A stretch of DNA of 64,000 nt from an uncultured Gemmatimonadales bacterium (GTDB lineage Bacteria; Gemmatimonadota; Gemmatimonadetes; Longimicrobiales; RSA9). Under the pieces are notes generated by a model that worked only from the letters and a program-made list of their open reading frames with translations, made no database searches and was not told the DNA's origin. How positions within the stretch are numbered: position 1 is the stretch's first letter; every line of letters starts with the position of its first letter. The stretch is taken from contig CAWCRS010000008.1 of NCBI GenBank assembly GCA_963798085.1, forward strand, positions 160,001 to 224,000. Direction: 5' to 3'. Of the stretch, positions 26,398 through 35,184 are shown in pieces. The translations under genes and the position numbers were made by a program.

Positions 26398-28246
26398 ATG
26401 CCGCACCGGGGGCGCTTGCGCTTTCCCAACTCCGTCATGCTCGCCATCCCATGTCTCGTTCTCACCGGCTGTGAGCACGCGGCAACGGATCACGGATCGT
26501 ATGCGACGCTTCCCGTCACGGTCCGTGCCGCTGTCGCCATGGACACGTCGCTGCCGCTGGTCGCGCGCGCACGCACGCGTGTTGCTTTGCCCTGTGCGCG
26601 CGAGGCTGATCTCTGCCGCGGTCGCAGTGCCGGTGCGGATGCCAATGCACCTCTGCTGCCCGCAGCCGTGCGCGAAATGCATCACGGACTCTCGCCTGAA
26701 AGGGATGCCTCCGTAGAGGAAGAAGCGGGGGCGGCCATGGCGTCGCCGGCGTCTGCACGCAACACGCGTGCGGACCGCGATCGCGGTGACGGTGACAAGC
26801 GACGCGCACACGCTCGCGCCGGCGGCGGCATTGAGCAGCTTGCGCAGGGCACGCGGCCGCCCGTGCCCATCGTTGCCAGCTTCGACGGCCTGGGCGCCGG
26901 CTTCACCGGGCCGCAGGGCAGCGCCACGCTGCGCAATCCATCCGACAACGCGCTCGCGGTGGGTCCCAACCACATTGTGCAGATCGTGAATTCGCGGATG
27001 GCCATCTTCACGAAAAAGGGCGCTGTCTACGACACGACCGGCCGCGTGCTCTCCGGGCCCGTGCCCACCAACGCGATCTTTGCCGGCTTCCCCGGCCGCT
27101 GCGAGCCCCGGCCCAACGGCGACGCCGTCGTGCGCTACGACCAGCTGGCCGGCCGCTGGCTCATTGTCATGCCCATATTCCGCCGCGACTCGAGCGATGC
27201 GAAGGAACCCTGGTCAATGTGCTACGCCGTGAGCGCCGGCGCCGACCCGCTGGGTCCGTATTACCGCTACGAGTTCAAGCGGGCGCTCTTCCCCGATTAT
27301 CCGCGCCCCGCCGTCTGGCCCGATGGCTGGTATGTGCCCAGCAGCACCGGCGACGAGGTCATCCAGAAGCACGCCTGCGTGGCCGACCGCACCCGCATGC
27401 TGCAGGGCCTGCCCGCCACGGAACAGTGCGTTATCATCGACGGCGTCAACTTCCTGAACAATGCCGACATCGATGGCCAGGAGCTGCCGCCCCCGGGCGC
27501 GCCCAACATCATCATGGCCACGGGTGGCACGCAGCTGCACCAGCAGTTCGAGGACGATGGCATCTACTGGTGGACGTTCCACGTGGACTGGACGGACCCC
27601 GCGAACACGCGTGTCAGCGGACCGCTGAAGCTGCCGGTCGCGCCCTACCACTATCTGTGCGACGGCCAGCTGACCAGCTGTGTGCCCCAGCCCGACACCA
27701 CCCGCCGCCTGGACGCACAGGGCGACAAGCTCATGCAGCGACTCGTGTACCGGCGCTGGGCCGGCCACGAATCCATCGTCGCCTTGCACTCCGTGAACAC
27801 ATCCGGCGGGTGGGGGCGGTGTGCGCTGGTACGAGTTCCGGCTGAATCAGAAACGCGAGCCCGTCCTCTACCAGCAGAGCACATTCGCGCCCGACAGCTT
27901 CTATCGCTGGATGGGCAGCATCGGCATGGACCGCATGGGCAACATCGGCATGGGCTACTCCTTCGGTGGTACGCCCCACTACGCCGGCCAGCGCTTCGCC
28001 GCCCGCCTTGCCGGGGACACGCCGGGCGTGCTCGCGTTCCACGAGACCGTGCTGGCCGAAGGCGAGGCGGCGCAGAAGAACACACTGCGCTGGGAGGACT
28101 ACACCACGCTGGCCATGGACCCCAGCGACGACTGCACCTTCTGGTATGTCGGCGATTACCTGCGCGCAGGCGAGAGCAACTACTCGACGCGCATCGGCGG
28201 CTTCAGGATTCCGGGGTGCCGGGAGGGCAGGGAGCCGGGGAGCTAA
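26398..28246 (+). CDS. Conserved hypothetical secreted/lipoprotein (one +1 frameshift at about 27804)
   Basis: Lipobox LTGC; PSDNALAVGPNHIVQIVN, FPDYPR, then GVRWYEFR...RWMGSIGMD...RWEDY...DPSDDCTFWY after the shift. Confidence 0.7.
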
Positions 28247-29772
28247 CCCAATCCCAGCTTCTTCGCCAGCCCGATGCGCTGCAGCTTGCCCGTCGCGCCG
28301 ACCGGGATCTCCTTCAGGATCAGGATGCGACGGGGCACCTTGAAGTCGGCGAGGCGCGTGGCGGCGAACTGGCGCAGCTCGCGGTCATCGCAGCTGGCGC
28401 CCTCACGCAGCACCACCGCCGCGGCGACATCTTCGCCCAGCATGTCGTGCGGCATGCCGAAGGTCACGCACTGGTGTACGGCCGGGTGCTCCATGATGAT
28501 CTCATCGACCTCGCGTGGGGAGATCTTCTCGCCGCCCCGGTTGATGATCTCCTTCAGCCGCCCTGTGATGCTGAGATAGCCGTCGTCATCCATGACACCC
28601 TGGTCGCCCGTGCGGAACCAGCCGTCGATGAACGCATCCGCATTGGCGCCGGGATTGTTCTCGTAGGCGAGCATCACGTTCTCGCCGCGGATGACGATCT
28701 CGCCCGTGCCACCGGCAGGCGACGTCTGGCCGTGCTCGTCGACGACGCGCACCTCGGGACCCGCAGCCGGACCGACCGTGCCCGGCTTGCGCTCGTGCGG
28801 CGGCAGCGGGTTGCTCGCCATCTGGTGCGCCGCCTCGGTCATGCCGTAGGCCTCGATGACGGGTGCGCGGAACACGCTCTCCAGCTCGCTGATCACGCGC
28901 ATGGGCATGGCCGACGATGAGGAGCGCACAAAGCGCAGCCTGCTGGCCGCTACGATGTCCGCGTTCTTCGATGCGCGCGACAGAATCGCCTGGTGCATGG
29001 TGGGCACGGCCGTGTACCACGTGGGCTGCACTTCCGCGACCCAGGAGAAGAAGCGCAGCGCATTGAAGCCCGGCGAGCAGCAGACGGCGCCGCCCGCGGA
29101 GAGCGGCGCGAGCAGTGCTGCCATGAGACCGTGGATGTGGAAGAGCGGCATGATGGAGAGACCGCGATCCTCGGGCGTGAGCGCAAGCGTGCCCACGATG
29201 TTGCGCGCCGATGCGCAGACGTTGCGCTGTGCCAGCGGCACGATCTTGGGCCGCGACGTGGTGCCCGACGTGTGCAGCACGAGCGCGATGTCGGCCGGGC
29301 CCGCCAAGCGCGCGTCACTGACACGCTGTCTGGGGGCTCGGCACGGGAACGCCAGCGCGAAGCTGCCCGCGCCCCGCTCCGGATGCGGTACCAGGCGGGC
29401 GATCGGCACACCCAGCCGCGTCGCCACCTCGACCGCCGGCGAATCCCGCCCCTCGCCCACGACCAGCAGCTTCGCGCGCAGGTCGGTCAGGTAGAACTCG
29501 TATTCCTCCGCCCGATACGACGGATTCAGCGGAGCCGCCGTCGCTGCTGCCGCGATGGCGAGGAACGCCGTCGCCATTTCCGGCCCGTTGTCGAGCACGA
29601 TCGCGACCCGGTCATTCAGGCCAACGCCCTGCGCATTGAGCGCCTGCACCGTCTCCGCGACCAGCTCGCGCAATGCCGCATACGTGAGCGGCACCCCACC
29701 CGGCGAGGTCAGTGCCGTGGCAGAAGCGTCACCGTTCTCGAGCAACTCCGCGATTGTGCCTGCAGTCGCCAT
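28243..29772 (-). CDS. Acyl-CoA ligase, oxalate--CoA ligase-like (AAE3/Pcs60/Oxs type)
   Basis: LHTSGTTSRPK P-loop, PLFHIHGL, YGMTEAAHQMASNPLP, RTGD, ATGKLQR; adjacent to oxlT and a panE-like gene. Confidence 0.8.
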   Translation of the reverse strand: MATAGTIAELLENGDASATALTSPGGVPLTYAALRELVAETVQALNAQGVGLNDRVAIVLDNGPEMATAFLAIAAAATAAPLNPSYRAEEYEFYLTDLRAKLLVVGEGRDSPAVEVATRLGVPIARLVPHPERGAGSFALAFPCRAPRQRVSDARLAGPADIALVLHTSGTTSRPKIVPLAQRNVCASARNIVGTLALTPEDRGLSIMPLFHIHGLMAALLAPLSAGGAVCCSPGFNALRFFSWVAEVQPTWYTAVPTMHQAILSRASKNADIVAASRLRFVRSSSSAMPMRVISELESVFRAPVIEAYGMTEAAHQMASNPLPPHERKPGTVGPAAGPEVRVVDEHGQTSPAGGTGEIVIRGENVMLAYENNPGANADAFIDGWFRTGDQGVMDDDGYLSITGRLKEIINRGGEKISPREVDEIIMEHPAVHQCVTFGMPHDMLGEDVAAAVVLREGASCDDRELRQFAATRLADFKVPRRILILKEIPVGATGKLQRIGLAKKLGLG

Positions 29773-29803
29773 TTGGTCATCCCCTGTAGTACTACGGAAA
29801 GGC

Positions 29804-29986
29804 GGGCTGGGGCTCGGGCTCGGGCTGGGAAACACCGTGAGAGCGTCACGCCGCCGCGCACGACAATTCACAGCAATCAGCGCGACATCGTTGGCAAGCG
29901 ACTCCGTTCCCCAGCAACCAGCCCCAGCAACGTCGTCGATCCGTTGACGCAGTTGATCCGTCAACCCCAGCCCCAGCCCCAGCCCC
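29804..29986. repeat. Inverted G-rich/C-rich hexamer tracts flanking an about 135-bp spacer
   Basis: GGGCTGGGGCTCGGGCTCGGGCTGGG at 29804-29829 and CCCCAGCCCCAGCCCCAGCCCC at 29965-29986. Confidence 0.7.
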
Positions 29987-29991
29987 GCTGT

Positions 29992-30996
29992 TCAAGACCG
30001 TATTTCCAGCCGCCCATGCTGTGCGGCCAGAGTACCGGCCAGCAAACTCGCCACCGCATAGATGGCGTCAATGTGCGGCGTGGCAGTGCCCGTGAGGCGC
30101 CCAAGCTCGACGACTGCGCCGACGAGGGCTTCCAGCTCGATGGGCTTGCCCTGCTCGATGTCCTGCAGCATGGACGTCTTGTGTGAGCCCACCTTCTCGG
30201 CACCCGCAATGCGCCGCTCGATGCTGACACGGAATGTAATACCGAGTTTGTAGGCAATGGTCTCGGCCTCGCGCATCATTTCCGCGCTCAGCTCGCGGGT
30301 GAGCGGATACCGGCACAGCTCTGCGAGCGTGGCGTGCGTCAGCGCACTGATCGGGTTGAAGCTGAGGCTGCCCCAGAGCTTGAGCCAGATCTCGCTGCGG
30401 ATGTCGGCAGTGATGGGCGCCTTGAAGCCGGCGCGCGTCAGGCTGGCCGCAATGGCCTCGAGGCGCGGCGTCGTGGCGCCATCCAGCTCGCCCAGCGTGA
30501 AACGCCGGCCTTCGACCACGACCACCTCTCCCGGCGCCACCAGGTTGGCCGCGGGATAAACGACACTGCCGATGATGCGCGCGGGATCGATGTGCTGCGC
30601 GATGCAGCCATCGGGATCGGCCGCGCGCACCGGCGTGCCCTCGTACTCGCCGCCATGACGCTGGAAATACCACCACGGGATCCCGTTCTGCATGGTGACA
30701 ATGGCCGTGTCCGCGTGGCAGAGGTGGTGCAGCGCGGGCGCGACGGCCGCCACCTGGTGCGCCTTCACCGTCAGCAGCACGACATCGTGTGCGCCCGCCT
30801 CGGCCATGTCGGCGAAGGCGCGCGCATTGCCGGCAATGACTTCGCGGCCATCCTCGAGCGTCACCTTCATGCCGCGGCTGCGGATGGCAGCGAGATTCGC
30901 ACCGCGCGCAATGAAGGTCACGTCGTCGCCAGCAGCAGACAGCAGGGCGCCCAGGTACCCGCCAATCGAGCCGGCGCCGACGATCGCGATCTTCAC
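29992..30996 (-). CDS. panE: 2-dehydropantoate 2-reductase family (PanE/ApbA); by context a putative oxalyl-CoA reductase
   Basis: GAGSIGG Rossmann motif, TMQNGIPWWYF, IWLKLWG, KTSMLQD, ELEAL; GTG start. Confidence 0.85.
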   Translation of the reverse strand: MKIAIVGAGSIGGYLGALLSAAGDDVTFIARGANLAAIRSRGMKVTLEDGREVIAGNARAFADMAEAGAHDVVLLTVKAHQVAAVAPALHHLCHADTAIVTMQNGIPWWYFQRHGGEYEGTPVRAADPDGCIAQHIDPARIIGSVVYPAANLVAPGEVVVVEGRRFTLGELDGATTPRLEAIAASLTRAGFKAPITADIRSEIWLKLWGSLSFNPISALTHATLAELCRYPLTRELSAEMMREAETIAYKLGITFRVSIERRIAGAEKVGSHKTSMLQDIEQGKPIELEALVGAVVELGRLTGTATPHIDAIYAVASLLAGTLAAQHGRLEIRS

Positions 30997-31063
30997 GGCG
31001 ACACCAGGCGTGCAACGGCCGTGTCTGCCTGCATTCGCGAGATACGGCCCTTGGGCGCGCGCG

Positions 31064-32377
31064 TCATGGCAGCGACGTGCTGGGCACAGGGACCGCCACG
31101 GGCGAGGGTGCGCGGCGCATGCGATTGCGCAGTGGCTTGAGCACGAGCAGCGCGCACGAGGCGGCCGCGAAGTTGAGCACGCTGGCCATGACGAAGACGG
31201 TGTGCCAGCCGCTGCTCGACCCCGCGATGACGCTGGTGAGGGGCACCATCAGCGAGGCGGTGCCCTTGGCCGTGTAGAGCAGGCCGGCATTGGCGGCGGC
31301 GAACTTCACGCCGTACGTGTCGGCGACGGTGGCGGGGAAGAGGCTGTAGATCTCGCCCCATGCGAAGAAGACCAGGCCGGTGAGCAGCACGAACGCGGTG
31401 GGGTCGCGGCCCAGGCGGCTGAGCAGCAGAATGCCGAACCCCTCCAGCGCGAACGCACCAAACATGGTGTTTTCCCTGCCAATATGGTCGCTGATCCAGC
31501 CGAAGAAGGGGCGGGTCAGGCCGTTCAGCACGCGGTCGAAGGAGAGCGCGAAGGTGAGCGCGGGCAGGGTCAGGCCGATCAGCGTCACCGGGATCTTCTC
31601 GACACCGTAGTCGCGCGCAATGGGTCCGACCTGCGCCGTCGCCATCAGTCCGCCCACCGCCATGAGCACGAACATCGCATACATCACCCAGAACACGGGT
31701 GTTCGCACGATCTGGGTGGGCGTCTTGTCCGGTGCGGGCGCGGTGTTCACCATCCAGCGCGCGCCCATCGCGGGGAATCCGGTGGGCGCCTTCTTCAGGA
31801 GCCACCCGAGCACGAAGACAGTGGCGCCCTGGAGCAGGCCGAAATGGAGAAACGTCGCCTGATATCCGCTGTCCCGGATCGAGTTGGCGATGGGGATGAT
31901 GGTGAGCGCGGAGCCGGCGCCGAAACCCATCGCGGTGAGACCGGCCGCAAGGCCGCGCCGGTCGGGGAACCACTTGAGCGCGTTGCCCACACAGGTGCCG
32001 TACACCGCGCCCGCGCCAATACCGCCCAGGATCGCGCCCGCGTACAGCAGCGGCAGTGTGTTGGCGATGGAGTTGAGCACCCACGCGGCGGTCACCAGTA
32101 ACGCGGCTGTTACGACGACGACGCGCGGACCGAAGCGGTCGACGAGGTAGCCTTCAATGGGCACGAGCCAGGTCTCGGTGAGCACGAAGAGCGTGAACGC
32201 GACCTGGATCGCGGGGCGGCCCCAGTGCCAGGTGTCGTTGATGGGGTTCACGAACAGCGTCCAGCCGTACTGCAGGTTGGCGATCATCGACATGCAGATG
32301 ACGCCCACCAGCAGCTGCAGCCAGCGGCCGCGTGGCACTGTGCGCGTCGCGCTGCCGGATGCGGCGGATCCGTTCAT
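31064..32377 (-). CDS. oxlT: Oxalate/formate MFS antiporter
   Basis: ANLQYGWTLFV, GNALKWFPDRRGLAAG, NGLTRPFFGWISDHIGRE, WGEIYSLFP, LYTAKG. Confidence 0.9.
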   Translation of the reverse strand: MNGSAASGSATRTVPRGRWLQLLVGVICMSMIANLQYGWTLFVNPINDTWHWGRPAIQVAFTLFVLTETWLVPIEGYLVDRFGPRVVVVTAALLVTAAWVLNSIANTLPLLYAGAILGGIGAGAVYGTCVGNALKWFPDRRGLAAGLTAMGFGAGSALTIIPIANSIRDSGYQATFLHFGLLQGATVFVLGWLLKKAPTGFPAMGARWMVNTAPAPDKTPTQIVRTPVFWVMYAMFVLMAVGGLMATAQVGPIARDYGVEKIPVTLIGLTLPALTFALSFDRVLNGLTRPFFGWISDHIGRENTMFGAFALEGFGILLLSRLGRDPTAFVLLTGLVFFAWGEIYSLFPATVADTYGVKFAAANAGLLYTAKGTASLMVPLTSVIAGSSSGWHTVFVMASVLNFAAASCALLVLKPLRNRMRRAPSPVAVPVPSTSLP

Positions 32378-32486
32378 GACGCGGGGCTCCCGTGCTTTGA
32401 GGTGGGGCGCAAAGTGGCGAGCCCGGCACGCGGCGGCAAGGCGGCCTTCGCCGCGGCATGCCGCACGTGCAGCGCGCGCGAACGGA

Positions 32487-34925
32487 TCACTCCATGCGTA
32501 GTGTCTCGACGGGCGAGATCCGGCTGGCCCGGCGCACGGGCAACCACGCGGCCGCAAGGCCAGCGACGAGCAGGAGCGCGGCGGCGGCTGCAAGCGAAAG
32601 CGGATCGATCGGCCGCACGTCGAACAGCTGCGACGCCAGCACGTGCCCGCCGATGACAGCGCCCAGCACGCCGGCCAGCGCGCCCGCACCCAGCACGCGC
32701 AGGGCATCGCCCAGCACCAGGCGACGCACGTTGCGCGCGGTCGCGCCCAGCGCCATGCGCACGCCGATGTCGCGCGCCTGCTGGCGCACACTCGACGACA
32801 GCACGCCGTAGAGGCCGATCACGGAGAGCAGCAGGGACACCGCGCTGACGCCGGTCATCAGCAGCGCGCTCATGCGCGGTCGCGCGAGCGGCGCCTCCAG
32901 CAGCTGATCCATGGTCTGCGTGCGCCAGATCAGCAGGTCGGGATTCACCTCGCGGGTGGCGGCGCGCAGGGCCGGCAGCATGGCGGCCGGCGGCCTCGTC
33001 GTGCGCACGACTAACAGACCGTTCCAGAAGGGATCGATCTGATCCCAGTCGAAGTACACGACCGGTCCGACGGCCTTCAGCTCGCGGAAGCGGGTGTCGC
33101 GCGCCACACCGGCGACCGTCCATGTGTCGCTCCGCATTGCCGGCTGCTCGTTCACCAGTTGTTTGCCAATCGGACTCTCACCGGGCCAGAGCTGTCGTGC
33201 GAGCGTCTCATTGATCACGACGACTCTCCCGGAACTCCTGGTGTCTGCCGTGGTGAAGCCGCGCCCCTGAACGATGGGGATGCGCAAGGTGCGGAAGTAA
33301 TCCGGCCCCACGAACTCGAAGGGGACGAACGGCACGTTCTCGCGCTGTGTCGACGGCTGGTCCGCACGCGTCAGCTTCATGATGTAGAACGATTGACCCT
33401 GGAACGGCATCTGCTCGATGGGCGTGACTGCCACGACGTCGGGTGTGGCCTCGAGGCGAGCGACCAGTGCCTTCGCCACTTCGTGGATCCGCGGATCGTC
33501 CGGGAGCACGCTCTGCGGAGCAGTGAACGAGAGAACCCAGAGGTGATCGGGCTGGTAGCCGAGGTCCATGAACTCGAGGTGCGCCAGCGTACGGACCAGC
33601 AGGCCGGCGCCGGTGAGCATCACCACTGCGAGCGCGATCTGCGTCGCGACCAGCCAGCGCCGCGCACGTCGGCGGAAACGGCTTTCCATTCCGGTCCGCG
33701 AATCGCTGCGCAATGCGGCGTACGAATTGATGCGCGACGCGATCACGCTGGGCAGCACGCCGAACAGCACCATGCCCAGTCCTGTGACCGTCGCCGCCAG
33801 CGCCAGAGGCGTGCTCATGGCGCCGAGCGCGTCACTGCGCGGCAGTCCGGGTGGCGCGGCCGCGCGGATCACGCGCAGCAGCACGAGTGCGGCGAGCAAT
33901 CCGAGTGCGCCGCCGATGGCACCGAGCACTGCGTTCTCGACCACGAACAGCCGGCCGACATTGCCTGCGGTAGCGCCCAGTGCACGGCGCACGACAATGT
34001 CGCGCGTGCGGCCGAGCAACCGCACCAGCATGAGGTTGCCAATGTTGAAGCAGGCGATGAGCAGCAGCAGCCCGACCGCGAGCGTGAGTGCAATGAGGAC
34101 CGGCCGCGAACTGCCCAGCACGGTTTCCGCAAACGACTCTGCCGCTACGCCCGCCACCACGAACGTCTGTGGCGAAACATTCTGGCCCGGTCGCGTGCTG
34201 GTGAACGGATTCACGCGCTGCGTCAGCGCGAACAGTCGTGACCTCGCGGATTCCATGGTCACGCCGGTTGCGAGACGGGCGATGATGTCGACCTGGCCGG
34301 TGAAGTCCGGCGGAATCGGCAGCCACGCAGCGACGCCCGCCGGGTACTCGAATCCTGCGGGCGCCACCCCCACGATTTGTGCGCGCTGCCGTGTGTAGGG
34401 CATGGTGAGCGAACGGCCGATGACACCAGGATCGCCTCCGAAGCTTCGGCGCCACGCGACATTGCTCAATACAATCACCGGCGGTGCGCCCGCGGCGCCA
34501 TCCTCCGGCCGGAAGAACCGCCCCACCACGGGTCGCATGCCGAGCACATTGAAGAAGTTCGCGGTAGCGTTCACCAGCCCCAGCTCGACCGACACATCTC
34601 CATTCAGCAGTGGTGCCGGCTGTGTGCCCAGGTGGTACACGCCGGCAACGCCCTGAAACACGCCACTGTCGCGGCCAATCTCCGGCAGGTACGCGAAGGG
34701 CGCATCCAGGTGCGTTCCCTTGCTGTCGAGCGGGTGCATGATGGCGACGCGGTCCTGCGCCGCGACCGGCAGCCGGTCCAGTAACACGGTCTTGCAGACC
34801 GTGAACATCACTGTAGACACGCCAATCGCGAGGGCGAGGATGAGGATGGTGGTGAGTGCGAAGGCGGGGGCGCGGCGCAGTGCGCGCAATGCGAGTCGGA
34901 GGTCTCCGGGAATCGTCGCCATCAT
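32487..34925 (-). CDS. ABC transporter permease with duplicated MacB/FtsX domains (ADOP-like)
   Basis: DLRLALRALRRAPAF, LLLLIACFNIGNL...RRALGA, LVATQIALAVV, IGVRMALGA, RRASRISP. Confidence 0.88.
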   Translation of the reverse strand: MMATIPGDLRLALRALRRAPAFALTTILILALAIGVSTVMFTVCKTVLLDRLPVAAQDRVAIMHPLDSKGTHLDAPFAYLPEIGRDSGVFQGVAGVYHLGTQPAPLLNGDVSVELGLVNATANFFNVLGMRPVVGRFFRPEDGAAGAPPVIVLSNVAWRRSFGGDPGVIGRSLTMPYTRQRAQIVGVAPAGFEYPAGVAAWLPIPPDFTGQVDIIARLATGVTMESARSRLFALTQRVNPFTSTRPGQNVSPQTFVVAGVAAESFAETVLGSSRPVLIALTLAVGLLLLIACFNIGNLMLVRLLGRTRDIVVRRALGATAGNVGRLFVVENAVLGAIGGALGLLAALVLLRVIRAAAPPGLPRSDALGAMSTPLALAATVTGLGMVLFGVLPSVIASRINSYAALRSDSRTGMESRFRRRARRWLVATQIALAVVMLTGAGLLVRTLAHLEFMDLGYQPDHLWVLSFTAPQSVLPDDPRIHEVAKALVARLEATPDVVAVTPIEQMPFQGQSFYIMKLTRADQPSTQRENVPFVPFEFVGPDYFRTLRIPIVQGRGFTTADTRSSGRVVVINETLARQLWPGESPIGKQLVNEQPAMRSDTWTVAGVARDTRFRELKAVGPVVYFDWDQIDPFWNGLLVVRTTRPPAAMLPALRAATREVNPDLLIWRTQTMDQLLEAPLARPRMSALLMTGVSAVSLLLSVIGLYGVLSSSVRQQARDIGVRMALGATARNVRRLVLGDALRVLGAGALAGVLGAVIGGHVLASQLFDVRPIDPLSLAAAAALLLVAGLAAAWLPVRRASRISPVETLRME

Positions 34926-35184
34926 TCCATAGTGCCGAGTGTTACGGGCGGCGGCAACCCGGGTAACGGCGGCGCGATCTGCATCTTTCCGACAGGCGCT
35001 TCGATAACCTTTCGTTGGGGGCGCCAGACGGCGAGCCATTGTCCCGGGTACAGCGTGCCACTATCATCAGCGGTGGCTGGTCCTACCCAGATCGACCTTC
35101 CGCAACCGACTCCGCCTCACGATCCGTGACCAGCGTCAGTAGGCTGCACCGCTCTGGCGCACCAACGGAACACGGGGGGGAATC

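Noticed and set aside
29830..29964. N-terminal extension of the CoA ligase (ORF start 29964), or a four-helix-bundle gene remnant suggested by DQLR
   Set aside because: The extension crosses the repeat tract (PSPSPSP), a good RBS precedes ATG 29772, and the similarity is too short to support.
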